A stretch of 64,000 nucleotides of DNA, taken from the IMG/VR virus record IMGVR_UViG_3300046692_000069, positions 6,358 through 70,357 of that record; one strand, given 5' to 3'. The DNA comes from a virus. The notes beneath the pieces are model-generated. The model was not told the DNA's origin, made no database searches, and was given only the letters and a program-made list of their open reading frames with translations. The translations under genes were made by a program, and so were the position numbers. Positions 1 through 9,068 of the stretch are shown in pieces. The stretch's first letter is position 1. Every line of letters starts with the position of its first letter.

Positions 1-1
1 A

Positions 2-130
2 TTGTTCGACGTGGCTGAGTACGCGGACAATGGCGATGCGTTGCGCAGGCGCAAGACAACCGGCGAATCGATACCACTATATATACAGAGGGCGGCATTC
101 TTCAGTTGCGATCAAGAGTGGCCGCTGTGA
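2..130 (+). CDS. 3' end of hypothetical protein (truncated by window start)
   Basis: Open frame LFDVAEYADNGD...DQEWPL*; its TGA overlaps the next GTG (GTGA). Confidence 0.5.
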   Translation: MFDVAEYADNGDALRRRKTTGESIPLYIQRAAFFSCDQEWPL

Positions 131-606
131 GACCAGATGGATTCGACGCGGCCTTGATGGCTTACATGCCAAGGCTGACCTCCATGGCGAAATACATGGC
201 GCGCGATAGGTGGCAAGACTTGCTGCATGATGCCGTTGCAGACATGCTGCACCTAGGCGCCCAATGCCGAATGGAAACGCACAAGATTTGGATGCAGACC
301 GTTTTGCGTCGTTCGCACTTTGCGTACAATAGATATATGAGCCAAGAGAAGCGGGCGGCGAAAACTGTTCAGTGGACCGATGATGACGACAGGTGCACGA
401 CGCCTCCCGCTCAAGAACATGCGGCTGACCTATCCATAGCTCTTGATGTTCTAGACTCATTGCCGTATGGTGATATCGTGATGCGCAGGGCGACGGGCGT
501 CCACCTGAAAGAGATCGGCGCTGAGCGCGGGACGAATAAAGAAGCGGTGCGCCAGCTAGAGGCCAAGACACGGCGCAAGATGAAGGAGATTTTGAATGAA
601 GTATGA
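127..606 (+). CDS. ECF-like RNA polymerase sigma factor (sigma70 region 2/4-like)
   Basis: LMAYMPRLTSMAKYM..WQDLLHD (region 2-like), KIWMQTVLRR, C-terminal HTH LKEIGAERGTNKEAVRQLE; GTG start coupled to the upstream stop. Confidence 0.7.
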   Translation: MRPDGFDAALMAYMPRLTSMAKYMARDRWQDLLHDAVADMLHLGAQCRMETHKIWMQTVLRRSHFAYNRYMSQEKRAAKTVQWTDDDDRCTTPPAQEHAADLSIALDVLDSLPYGDIVMRRATGVHLKEIGAERGTNKEAVRQLEAKTRRKMKEILNEV

Positions 607-946
607 TTTGCGAGTTATTGATGGAGAGCCAAAGTTTGTGTCTAGCGTTGTCAAGGAGGTGACGCGTCAAGTAATTATCGCATATGTTTGCGGCGATCAG
701 GGTGGGCGCTATTCTGTATATGATTACACAGCCACTGGAGAATTCTTGGGTTCTCGCCATGTCGACGGTGGAGATCTGCATGATGACATTCGTAATGCGG
801 CCCTATCGGCTTGGCCCACGGGAGCTGTGCACGACGTCATCAACGCTACTGTGGCGTGGAGAGATTCAAACTCCGGGAAGATGACGCCCGCTAGGCCGGT
901 ATCCGGCATCATCCCTAAGACTATACCGCTCAATAATATCATTTAA
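596..946 (+). CDS. hypothetical protein
   Basis: ORF with AAGGAG RBS, overlaps previous gene. Confidence 0.7.
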   Translation: MKYDLRVIDGEPKFVSSVVKEVTRQVIIAYVCGDQGGRYSVYDYTATGEFLGSRHVDGGDLHDDIRNAALSAWPTGAVHDVINATVAWRDSNSGKMTPARPVSGIIPKTIPLNNII

Positions 947-957
947 GGAGATATGAA

Positions 958-1449
958 GTGAAAGCTGAAGATGTAACAGAGGGTATGGTGCAGGCGTTCA
1001 AGGGCGCTTGTTGGGCAGATCGGCAGGGTATTAGAGATGGCCTAGCCGCCGCGCACAACTGCACCCCGCTAGACTTTATTATGCGCGCCGTGGATATGCC
1101 CGCCAACGCAGATGAAGCTGAGATGATGGAGAAGCTTGGCTTTGCGTATCTGAAGCAGCATGCTCCGGAACGCCTTACTGACGAGGGCGGCGCGCGGGCA
1201 GAGGCTGAAAGGCTTGTGCCGTATCGTGATGAGCTGCTAAAGATTGCCGAAGATGTCGGCGAGGGTGAAGATCCCTTCTCGGCTTGGGAGGCCGTTGCCG
1301 CGCTGAAGCATGATAATGAGCGCATGAGCAAGGCGCTAGCGAAGATCGCCATCAAGGCCGAGGCCGGCCTATGTGCCGGATCATTTGGTGGCGCGCGTGC
1401 TTTCCATGAAGACATCCATTCCATCGCGACCGAAGCGCGAGGAGAGTAA
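958..1449 (+). CDS. hypothetical protein
   Basis: ORF with AAGGAGA RBS. Confidence 0.7.
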   Translation: MKAEDVTEGMVQAFKGACWADRQGIRDGLAAAHNCTPLDFIMRAVDMPANADEAEMMEKLGFAYLKQHAPERLTDEGGARAEAERLVPYRDELLKIAEDVGEGEDPFSAWEAVAALKHDNERMSKALAKIAIKAEAGLCAGSFGGARAFHEDIHSIATEARGE

Positions 1450-1451
1450 CA

Positions 1452-2147
1452 ATGCTGATAAGTGATGCAATGATAAAGGCAGCAAACGATGCGGCAGCTA
1501 AGGCTTGGCGTACCGGCGAAAACATGACTATCGCCATGCTGACTACAGCCTTTGCGGCGTCAACATCCGGGGGTGAGCAGCACACTACTGGCTTGCCGGA
1601 CGGTTGGCAATTGGTGCCTATTGAGCCCACGGTTGAGATGGCTAGAGCTGCAAATATGCCATGGGAGAGCCCTCGATTTCCCGACAGATGGAAAGCCATG
1701 ATCGCCGCCACACCATCCCCGCCCGCAGCGGTGCAAGAGCCGGTGGTCGTGAAGGCTGACGAGCCTATGACATGGCGTAACATGTCTACCGCCCCCAAAG
1801 ATGGGAAACATTGCATTCTTGCTGTAAAAGAAGGTGCATTCATCTATTCGGTGCAAGGGGCTTTTCACGCCGGGCAGTGGAACGCAGTGCACCGTGGTAA
1901 TGTAGAGCCATTGTGCTGGATGCCGAACATTCGGCTACCGACCAATTTCTCCGCCCTCTCCACCCCCCAAAGCGACCCAGCGCCCGAGACAAAACTGAGC
2001 GGCATAAATACTGACCTTCTTAAGGCTTTGAAATACGTCAGACGCTTCCTCAACCCTGAGGATCACGACGTTTCCTATGTTGATGATGTCATTGACAAAG
2101 CTGAGGGACGAGGGCTGTACGCCACCACAGCGACGGAGGGCGAATAG
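1452..2147 (+). CDS. mosaic phage accessory protein (DUF551/Ead-like modules)
   Basis: PDGWQLVPIEPTVEM and WRNMSTAPKDG...WMP motifs common in phage accessory proteins. Confidence 0.65.
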   Translation: MLISDAMIKAANDAAAKAWRTGENMTIAMLTTAFAASTSGGEQHTTGLPDGWQLVPIEPTVEMARAANMPWESPRFPDRWKAMIAATPSPPAAVQEPVVVKADEPMTWRNMSTAPKDGKHCILAVKEGAFIYSVQGAFHAGQWNAVHRGNVEPLCWMPNIRLPTNFSALSTPQSDPAPETKLSGINTDLLKALKYVRRFLNPEDHDVSYVDDVIDKAEGRGLYATTATEGE

Positions 2148-2888
2148 ATGGTAGATCAAGCCACAATCGACCGCGTTGCGGCTGCTTTAGAAGGCGCTGA
2201 CATCGGCCACAGTATGTCGCTGACCCGTTTGCTAGACGGCGTCCACACCTACACTTTGAAGATCAGGGGCGAGATCGAAACGCTCATCGACAATGATGAA
2301 GCCGACGCCATCGATCAGGTCTATACCCGAATTCGCGAGGTGAAACATCGCCTTCAGGCAGAGGCAGTTATCGCTGCTCTCAACCCCACGCCCGCACCCG
2401 AGATAGCCGTTCATCCTGACGATGAAGCAGTGGATCGGTTCGCAGCGGCCATGAAAGCTAAGCTCGCCAAGAAGCGCGCCGAAGGTAGGGGCGGTTGGGA
2501 AGACAAATCGCAGTGCTCGAATGAATTCCTGTCGAAGCTTTTGCTAGAACACATCGCGAAGGGTGACCCGGTCGATGTCGGCAACCTATCCATGATGATC
2601 CACCAGCGCGGCGAACGCGTCATTTCGGCAGAGCCAGTTTCTGGGGTTATCGCCGCGCATAAAAACTTTATAAATGCGTGGGAAAGCCTACCTGGTGATA
2701 CACGCTACTCTGTAACGACCATGCAGGATTGGATCAGTGGTCCAATGAAAGCAGCAGTTGATAGGGCTCGTTCAGCCGTAAGTTCAATCTCAGCCGCCAT
2801 GCCCACATCCTCCGCAGAGATAGCCGTGCTTAGGGCTGAGAACGAAGCTCAAGCCGTCACCCCCGAGCAAGAGGAGGCGAAGCAATGA
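2148..2888 (+). CDS. conserved phage hypothetical protein
   Basis: Contains the common phage module HPDDEAVDRFAAAMKAKLAKKR..GRGGW..KGDPVDVGN. Confidence 0.7.
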   Translation: MVDQATIDRVAAALEGADIGHSMSLTRLLDGVHTYTLKIRGEIETLIDNDEADAIDQVYTRIREVKHRLQAEAVIAALNPTPAPEIAVHPDDEAVDRFAAAMKAKLAKKRAEGRGGWEDKSQCSNEFLSKLLLEHIAKGDPVDVGNLSMMIHQRGERVISAEPVSGVIAAHKNFINAWESLPGDTRYSVTTMQDWISGPMKAAVDRARSAVSSISAAMPTSSAEIAVLRAENEAQAVTPEQEEAKQ

Positions 2889-3163
2889 CCAAATACCCAG
2901 ACAGGTACGTAATTACAGCATTGGTTGCTGACGGCGATCATAAGGGGGAGCGCGTATATCTCCGTTGGGCAGAAGAAGCGGGTGGCTGGTGGTATTGGGG
3001 TCCGGAGGCGCGGGCTTATCGATTCGAGTCGCGGTCAGGTGATAAGTTTGACGACGCCGTGTGGTGCGCGCAAAGAACTGGCCGACCGCAATGGTACGCT
3101 CCGGATCTATCCACTATCGAGGTGCGAGCGGTTCCGGCAATAGTGGAGGTTGTTGTCCGATGA
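2885..3163 (+). CDS. hypothetical protein
   Basis: ATGA overlap, GAGGAGG RBS. Confidence 0.65.
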   Translation: MTKYPDRYVITALVADGDHKGERVYLRWAEEAGGWWYWGPEARAYRFESRSGDKFDDAVWCAQRTGRPQWYAPDLSTIEVRAVPAIVEVVVR

Positions 3164-3363
3164 CGCATGGACCATGGATTGATCACGACGGCATTCGCTG
3201 CCCACTTCCTGACGATACAGCGGTGGAGGTTCGCCTGCGCTATGGCGGCCTTAATCGGCGCGAGGCTGGGTTGTTCATTTGGAAGTGGAATCCTCTGCGC
3301 GGCGCTTTTGGGTATGAGCGCGACGATGATATCGTTGCTTATCGGGTAATAAAAGGAGAGTGA
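3160..3363 (+). CDS. small phage hypothetical protein
   Basis: WIDHDG..CP..VEVRLR..DIVAYRV motif; ATGA overlap. Confidence 0.7.
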   Translation: MTHGPWIDHDGIRCPLPDDTAVEVRLRYGGLNRREAGLFIWKWNPLRGAFGYERDDDIVAYRVIKGE

Positions 3364-3364
3364 C

Positions 3365-3625
3365 ATGAGCGAACTAAACAGACGCGAAGCGGCATGGATT
3401 CGCAAGCTGCAAAATGTCTTGGATGAGTGCCCATCTGATCGCATTGGGTTCTATACCATCGGAGATAGTGACGTTACGCTGTACGACCGCACCAAAGAGA
3501 AGGATATTAACGACGCGATTTACGACCGACATGGTGGCGATTTCTGCCAAGCGGTCGATGATGCTGACGCGGGATTCAATGCCTGCTTACTATTCCCTGC
3601 GAACGTTCATTCTACATCTGGATAA
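3365..3625 (+). CDS. hypothetical protein
   Basis: AAGGAGA RBS. Confidence 0.7.
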   Translation: MSELNRREAAWIRKLQNVLDECPSDRIGFYTIGDSDVTLYDRTKEKDINDAIYDRHGGDFCQAVDDADAGFNACLLFPANVHSTSG

Positions 3626-3839
3626 TTCCTCCCGTACGCTATTGACCTTTGGCGCCGCTCATGCATAATGGGCGGCGTTATTCGTTTAGGACATACCTAT
3701 CGATGGGGCGCATAAATTTGGTGCGGCCTTAACCATTATCACCCATTATTTCCATTAGCCGAGCAACAAACTAACCCCATATGCGTTTGGAATAATCACC
3801 CAAAACCAATGCGTTGCGCGCATATCACTCACGTATATT

Positions 3840-4370
3840 AGCATTTAGCGCACACACAGTACTCTAGGTTGTGGAAAAAATGCACACATATACACCATAT
3901 ATATATATATTAGCACATTTTTTCGTGTTTTATCCAATGAAATCATTGCACAGTTAAATTTTAGGCAGTGAGTTGCACACTTTTTAATCAGTGCTAAGTC
4001 ATTGATATTTTCTCTCGAAACCACGAAATGCACAGTAGCGCACACTAACAATCTTGCAACTGTGCAGAAATTATTTTTCGTTTGCACAGTCAATTACCCC
4101 TACTGTGCGGAATATTATTCTTTTGGGTGTTTTTGCTGTTTTTTGCTATTTCTTACAAACTACCAAAGCATTGATTTATAAGGTTTTTCGTTATATATAG
4201 TTCTTCTTATATTTAAGCCGCACAGTAGCGCACAGTAGCCATATTTTCACTGTGCAAAAGTTGCGCACAGTAGGCCATTTATCTCTACATCCCCTCTAAT
4301 CTCTATCTGTGCTATCTCCCTCTAAGGGGATGCACAGTAGAGATAGAGAGTAGAGGGGTAGAGTAAATAT
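3840..4370. repeat. AT-rich non-coding region with 10 copies of GCACAGT in both orientations; putative replication origin
   Basis: GCACAGT at 3948, 4030, 4084, 4220, 4230, 4265, 4332; ACTGTGC at 4059, 4102, 4249; (AT)n tract about 3897-3911; imperfect inverted repeat 4277-4368. Confidence 0.6.
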
Positions 4371-4391
4371 CGAGAGAGCGTGAGTGTGCAG

Positions 4392-4420
4392 TTGACAGGA
4401 GTCGAAAAAGACATTACGGG
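4392..4420 (+). promoter_or_regulatory. putative sigma70-type promoter
   Basis: TTGACA at 4392, upstream of the AAAGGAGA RBS of 4448. Confidence 0.45.
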
Positions 4421-4447
4421 TAGTGGAGATGAAAAGGAGAAATTGAC

Positions 4448-4840
4448 ATGAGCCATACGAGAAGCGCCCGCAATGCAGACGGTCAGTTCGCGGTCACGGT
4501 TTGGGATTATGAGGGCAACCTATTTGCGTTCGGTGAATTCCGTTCCGTCGAGGCTGCTGATGCATTTGCCCATGAGGAAGAGCGTCGCATGATATTTGCC
4601 ACGCAAATGGCTGGAGACGTCTATAGTGATGAATGCGCCGAGTTGACCGATGAGGATCTTTTTGAAGGAATTGGGCGAATGAAGAAATATGCAGACGTAA
4701 GGGTAACCTTGATCGTATCGTTTGAAGATGATGGCGAGAACGATCTAAAGGATCAGGCTCACGACGCGGCTATCTTTGCCGGCCTTCCCAATGGCGCATT
4801 CGACGTCGAAGTCATCGGCGAAGTTCGCGACACGGAGTGA
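4448..4840 (+). CDS. hypothetical protein
   Basis: Strong RBS AAAGGAGA. Confidence 0.7.
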   Translation: MSHTRSARNADGQFAVTVWDYEGNLFAFGEFRSVEAADAFAHEEERRMIFATQMAGDVYSDECAELTDEDLFEGIGRMKKYADVRVTLIVSFEDDGENDLKDQAHDAAIFAGLPNGAFDVEVIGEVRDTE

Positions 4841-5031
4841 CGGCCATGAAGCTAAGTGATTTCATCGCAGACCTAGAGCTGTTGCGCGCTAAGCATGGCG
4901 ATGATGTCGAGGTGAAGGCGCACGATATAGAGCGCGGATATGTTCCCGCAGATGCCTATCTGGTAGCGTGGCGGACTCCACTAGGAGTAATTACCCGCAA
5001 AGAAGTGCATATCGAACCAGCCAACCAATGA
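4837..5031 (+). CDS. hypothetical protein
   Basis: Coupled ORF. Confidence 0.6.
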   Translation: MTAMKLSDFIADLELLRAKHGDDVEVKAHDIERGYVPADAYLVAWRTPLGVITRKEVHIEPANQ

Positions 5032-5042
5032 AGGAGAAAGAC

Positions 5043-5174
5043 ATGGGTTTCATGTGCAGGATTGGCCGTCACGCATGGCGGTACATCAAAGGAAGCGAAA
5101 CGCACGTTGCGTGGAAAGAGGAATGCAAGCACTGCGGCAAGATCGTTAATCGCTCTGCATTTGATGGTTGGTGA
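5043..5174 (+). CDS. small zinc-ribbon protein (DUF1660-like)
   Basis: CRIGRHAW...ECKHCGK; AAGGAGA RBS. Confidence 0.6.
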   Translation: MGFMCRIGRHAWRYIKGSETHVAWKEECKHCGKIVNRSAFDGW

Positions 5175-5238
5175 AAATAGTTCTTGCGTCTCCAGCGAAT
5201 CGGCTATATTGTCATTTTAACGAAACGGAGTTGACGAC

Positions 5239-5460
5239 ATGGCCCGCATTATCAGAACGCCACTAACGCTAGCGCGCGCTAACGAAAGCGGGATCACTGT
5301 TGAGATGTCATGGAAAGCTAACCATCCAAAGGCTGGCCTTATGGGTATTCTTGAGCGCCGCGCTGACGGCACAGATACCGGCGTATGGGTAGTGTATAAC
5401 GACGGCGAAGAATCATACATTGCCGAGATTGGCGATTTGGTGATTGTGTCCATTAAGTAG
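5239..5460 (+). CDS. hypothetical early protein
   Basis: Own promoter-like element and CGGAG RBS. Confidence 0.65.
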   Translation: MARIIRTPLTLARANESGITVEMSWKANHPKAGLMGILERRADGTDTGVWVVYNDGEESYIAEIGDLVIVSIK

Positions 5461-5470
5461 GAGAACGAAA

Positions 5471-5680
5471 ATGACCGATACTGAGAAGCTAGCCATCGCC
5501 GTTAAGGCATTGCGTGCTATTGCTGGATATTGCAATCAACCTGCTGATAAATGGCGCGCGGAACATCATGACATGGCCAAGCGCATGGATGAGGGTCTAT
5601 CGAATAACTGGAAGGTCGGGGTTCTAAGTGATGCCGCGCTTCACTCATTGGGCGTAATTGGCATGTACATATCCCCATGA
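5471..5680 (+). CDS. hypothetical protein
   Basis: AGGAGA RBS. Confidence 0.65.
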   Translation: MTDTEKLAIAVKALRAIAGYCNQPADKWRAEHHDMAKRMDEGLSNNWKVGVLSDAALHSLGVIGMYISP

Positions 5681-6273
5681 CCATCCCACGCAAACGACCA
5701 ATCAAGCGCCAAGCCCGCATGATCCATGAACCGAACCTTCTCCAGCCCGGACGCAAGGTAACGCAGACCGTAAAGATTGACGGCGTTCGCTACAAGGTCA
5801 CCCAGACCATGCGAGCAGACGGGACGGTCGACGTCAAGCGCGTAGAGGCCGCCCCTCTGGAAGAGGATTTGCAAGCCGCCGTAGTTGACGAGCTTCGCGC
5901 TCGCGATGACTATCGCACATGGTTCTTGTTAGCTGGTGATATGGGTGCGGCAGATCGCGGGCCGAAAGCTATTGCCACTGCGCTAAAGACGGGCCTTGAG
6001 AAGGGGGAGCCAGACCTACGGCTCTATGTATGGCCCGGAAACTTGATCCTAATAGAGCTTAAGGTCCTGCCCGGTGGGACAGTAAAGAAGCATCAAGCAG
6101 ACAGGCACGACGACTTGCGGGGGGTTGGCTTTGACGTGCACGTTGTGTGGGCGGCTGATGCTGGATCTGCAGTAAGTCAGGTTGTTGCCATCCTTGAGGA
6201 TGCTCTCATGGATAATGGTCAGTATCAAAGGTGGCTACAATTGCCGCCGTCGACTAAAAAGGGGATTGATTGA
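5677..6273 (+). CDS. VRR-NUC domain nuclease (putative Holliday junction resolvase)
   Basis: GEPDL..LILIELK..G.VKKHQ..H..L...GFDVHVV, a PD-(D/E)XK VRR-NUC signature. Confidence 0.8.
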   Translation: MTIPRKRPIKRQARMIHEPNLLQPGRKVTQTVKIDGVRYKVTQTMRADGTVDVKRVEAAPLEEDLQAAVVDELRARDDYRTWFLLAGDMGAADRGPKAIATALKTGLEKGEPDLRLYVWPGNLILIELKVLPGGTVKKHQADRHDDLRGVGFDVHVVWAADAGSAVSQVVAILEDALMDNGQYQRWLQLPPSTKKGID

Positions 6274-6274
6274 T

Positions 6275-7024
6275 ATGCCAGTTTACTACAGGAACAAGAA
6301 GAGCGGAGTTATCCATGAGCTTGTCGGGAGACTGACATGGGGTGGCGGCACTCTCAAGAATCCATCAGGGTCAACTATTATGGTTGGCCACGCTACGCTG
6401 ATTGATAAATTCGAGCTTATGCAAACTACTGATTCGGCCAGCGACAGGGTGGCGATCGCCATTGCGGCAGAGAACGAGAAGTTAGCCGCTGGTCTAGCCG
6501 CACATACGCCCACGGAGCTACTTGATAGATTGAAGGAGCACTATCATTCGGCGCAGATCTGGAAAGGCGAAGCGGATAAGATGCGGGCGGCATTCCTTGA
6601 TGTCGACCGCTATCGCCGCGAAGTCCGCGCGCATCTTGGTCGCGTTAAGAAGGAATTGTTTGCCGCAAAGGGTCGCGTCAAGGAGCTGGAGAGTGGCAAG
6701 GCTTTTTCAGTGCTGTTATCGCAGGTCGCTGAGCTAAAGCGCTTGTTGCGGCGCGCCAACTCGAAAGCCGAGCGCAACCGCATTAATTCCGCGAATCGAG
6801 AGCGTGCAGCGCGAGACAATGCGCGTTACTGGAAAGCGCAATGTGAATTGGCAAATGAACAAGCGCGTAGCCAACTTGGCGTTGGGTCTTCGCACACCGC
6901 AATGGCCGTTGACTGTGCTGTTGCGCCTCCTGTCGACGCGCCAGATACCGAATCTATCGCCACTCTATCCTTGCGCATTTCCGCTCTTGAACGTGGCCTA
7001 GAAAAATCACGAAGAGGAAGTTGA
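6275..7024 (+). CDS. coiled-coil hypothetical protein
   Basis: Long ORF rich in heptad E/K/R/A helices. Confidence 0.65.
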   Translation: MPVYYRNKKSGVIHELVGRLTWGGGTLKNPSGSTIMVGHATLIDKFELMQTTDSASDRVAIAIAAENEKLAAGLAAHTPTELLDRLKEHYHSAQIWKGEADKMRAAFLDVDRYRREVRAHLGRVKKELFAAKGRVKELESGKAFSVLLSQVAELKRLLRRANSKAERNRINSANRERAARDNARYWKAQCELANEQARSQLGVGSSHTAMAVDCAVAPPVDAPDTESIATLSLRISALERGLEKSRRGS

Positions 7025-7048
7025 CCACTAAACGGTAAGAGTTATATC
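7021..7048 (+). promoter_or_regulatory. putative sigma70-type promoter driving a non-coding transcript
   Basis: TTGACC at 7021, TTATAT about 7042-7047. Confidence 0.45.
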
Positions 7049-7055
7049 CCTTTTA

Positions 7056-7418
7056 CTGGATGAGACGAAGCGGACAAAACCTTTACCTTTCATATGTGAA
7101 TTACGGTTTTTAGTTGCGCTTGCGGTCTCATCCATAATGGCGAGTGGATAAAACAATACTGCCTAGCGCTGTTGCCACTCCCATCGTGTTTCGCGACGAC
7201 TGTTGATTAGCGCATTCCGGTGACGGTTGACATATCCAGTTGGCGCGCATTTTGTTGCCTAGTCCCACTTGCATGCTGTCTCCTTTCCGGCTTGTTCGTG
7301 CCCTTCGTGGGTTGGCGTTTTGGTTGGGCGTCTGGACTAGGTGTTAATTGGTGGTGCGACTTCCCTCCGGTTGGCACTATCACAAAAGAGCGCGCCATTC
7401 AGTTGGCGTGCTCTTTTT
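7056..7418 (+). ncRNA. candidate multi-hairpin small RNA
   Basis: Consecutive stems TGGATGAGAC/GTCTCATCCA, GAGTGG/CCACTC, CCTAGTCC/GGACTAGG, GTGGTGC/GCACTAT, lying between a promoter and an intrinsic terminator; no convincing CDS. Confidence 0.55.
7384..7418 (+). terminator. Rho-independent terminator (possibly bidirectional)
   Basis: AAAAGAGCGCGCCA-TTCAGT-TGGCGTGCTCTTTTT. Confidence 0.8.
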
Positions 7419-7484
7419 GCATTTTAGGTGTTGACGTTGTCTCCGGGTTCGTGCACAAAGGGTCATAGAGCAAAGGAGATGAAC

Positions 7485-7868
7485 ATGCACAAGATATACG
7501 GATGGACTGACGAAGTTACGGCTTGCGACTGCTGCGGCAAGTCTGATCTCTCGGGAACGTTCTGCGTAGAGCTTGAGGATGGCGCGCAGCTTCATTACGG
7601 CTCGACATGCGTCAAGCGTAACACCGGCATTAAGAACCCAAAGACGGCTGCCTCTCAGTTCGAGAATGAGCGCTCTGCTGCTGCTCGCAAGGAATACATT
7701 GAGTCGCCAGAGTGGCGCGCGTACTTCGCAAGGCAAGAGGCCGGTCATAAAGCCGGTATCGTGCCGGGAAAGGCATTCAAGGAATACATGCATGATGTCG
7801 CTGAGGCTGATGCCGCTCTTAAGCGCAGTCTCGCGGAGAAGTACAGAATTCCCACTTATAGAGTTTAA
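7485..7868 (+). CDS. hypothetical Cys-containing early protein
   Basis: CDCCGK...HYGSTC; AAAGGAGA RBS; own promoter at 7431. Confidence 0.75.
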   Translation: MHKIYGWTDEVTACDCCGKSDLSGTFCVELEDGAQLHYGSTCVKRNTGIKNPKTAASQFENERSAAARKEYIESPEWRAYFARQEAGHKAGIVPGKAFKEYMHDVAEADAALKRSLAEKYRIPTYRV

Positions 7869-7976
7869 GTCCTAGCTATTACGACCATAAAAATAATCCA
7901 CAGGGGCCGTCACTTTGTTGTTGACGGCTTCTCCCGTTTAGTGCTAAGTATTAGTCATCAACACGGAGACACGCAC

Positions 7977-8141
7977 ATGACCGCCACCATCGTTCGCTAC
8001 GACATCATCGACCGCCAGACGGGTAAGGTTGTTGCTGCCGCTACGACACGCAAGGGCGCGACTCGTGCAGTTGACAGCCGTGACAACAAGTATGGTGCTT
8101 ATCGCTACACGGCTAAGGCTGTGTGGTCTGACGAAGCTTAA
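7977..8141 (+). CDS. hypothetical early protein
   Basis: Promoter at 7921, CGGAGA RBS. Confidence 0.7.
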   Translation: MTATIVRYDIIDRQTGKVVAAATTRKGATRAVDSRDNKYGAYRYTAKAVWSDEA

Positions 8142-8170
8142 TAGAGGCGCATAACCAAGGAGTCGCCGTC

Positions 8171-8290
8171 ATGAGAGCCAAGAATAGACGCCAGCAAGCA
8201 AGGCGCCGCGATACATTCATCGTCGCGCTCGCATGTGTTCCTGCGGCTCTTATCGCTGGCGTCATGATTATATCTCTGGCGGCATTTTAA
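8171..8290 (+). CDS. 39-aa single-TM peptide (not in ORF track)
   Basis: MRAKNRRQQARRRDTFIVALACVPAALIAGVMIISLAAF; AAGGAG RBS. Confidence 0.6.
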   Translation: MRAKNRRQQARRRDTFIVALACVPAALIAGVMIISLAAF

Positions 8291-8299
8291 GGAGGATAT

Positions 8300-8605
8300 A
8301 TGCCCATATACGTAATGTCTATAAATGATAAAAAGCGCATGTCCGGTTTCTCATGGCGCATCCATAAGCTAACGCCCGCGCAAATCGCCGTCCTGCGCCA
8401 AGCTATTGCGGATGGCGGCGAGATCATCATGTCAGGCATGGACTGCACAGAACCACGTCCACGTCGTGACGTTGTCGAGCGTCTCGCTGCCTTAGGGTTG
8501 GTTAAGTACGCCGCAAGTAGCCAGACTGGCTTTGGTATTGGCATCAATGACTATTTGCGTATTACGGATGCTGGTCGCAAAATTGTTTTTGGTGCTTCAC
8601 CATGA
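8300..8605 (+). CDS. hypothetical protein, possible winged helix
   Basis: KLTPAQIAVL...LAALGLVK...LRITDAGR; GGAGGA RBS. Confidence 0.65.
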   Translation: MPIYVMSINDKKRMSGFSWRIHKLTPAQIAVLRQAIADGGEIIMSGMDCTEPRPRRDVVERLAALGLVKYAASSQTGFGIGINDYLRITDAGRKIVFGASP

Positions 8606-8769
8606 CCTACCTTAACGATAAATATGAGATTCGCTCATGGGACGGCTGGATACTCGCAACCTACGCGCCAGAGAAATGTTTGCGTATCGCCAAGGCGCTC
8701 GTTGGCATTGGCGTACGTCGGCATTACGTTGTGGACACTGCTACGCGGGCTGTTGTGTGGCGGGCTTAA
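8602..8769 (+). CDS. 55-aa hypothetical protein (not in ORF track)
   Basis: MTYLNDKYEIRSWDGW...VVWRA; ATGA overlap. Confidence 0.55.
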   Translation: MTYLNDKYEIRSWDGWILATYAPEKCLRIAKALVGIGVRRHYVVDTATRAVVWRA

Positions 8770-8779
8770 GGAGATGGAT

Positions 8780-9016
8780 ATGAACGACCGAGACAAGAAG
8801 CAACTATCCAAGTTAATCGTACGCGCGACTAACGCCAGCAACGCATATGGCAAAGCAATGAACGATCTTGCCAAGTTTGAACTAAAGCACTGGGGCTTCG
8901 AGCATGCAGACAGGGATATTGACCAGATCATTGACGGTTGCTGTGGCGGATGTGGCTTTAGCCGTGGAATGACGGCGGATGAATTTATTCGTCTGATGGA
9001 CGAAAATAGGGATTGA
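8780..9016 (+). CDS. hypothetical protein
   Basis: AAGGAGA RBS. Confidence 0.65.
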   Translation: MNDRDKKQLSKLIVRATNASNAYGKAMNDLAKFELKHWGFEHADRDIDQIIDGCCGGCGFSRGMTADEFIRLMDENRD

Positions 9017-9068
9017 CCGCGTCTCCAGAGTCCAATATACCTTGTGCATGGAAACGGGGATTACGGAC

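Noticed and set aside
3840-4370. GCACAGTAG repeats as a CRISPR array
   Set aside because: Repeats are only 7-9 nt, irregularly spaced and in both orientations.
7128-7274. 48-aa minus-strand ORF with AAAGGAGA RBS
   Set aside because: Not called as CDS: the product is unremarkable and no minus-strand promoter was seen. Kept as an alternative explanation for the sRNA motif.
7220-7468. 82-aa hydrophobic ORF in the ORF track
   Set aside because: No RBS, runs through a strong terminator and the next promoter; better explained as structured RNA.
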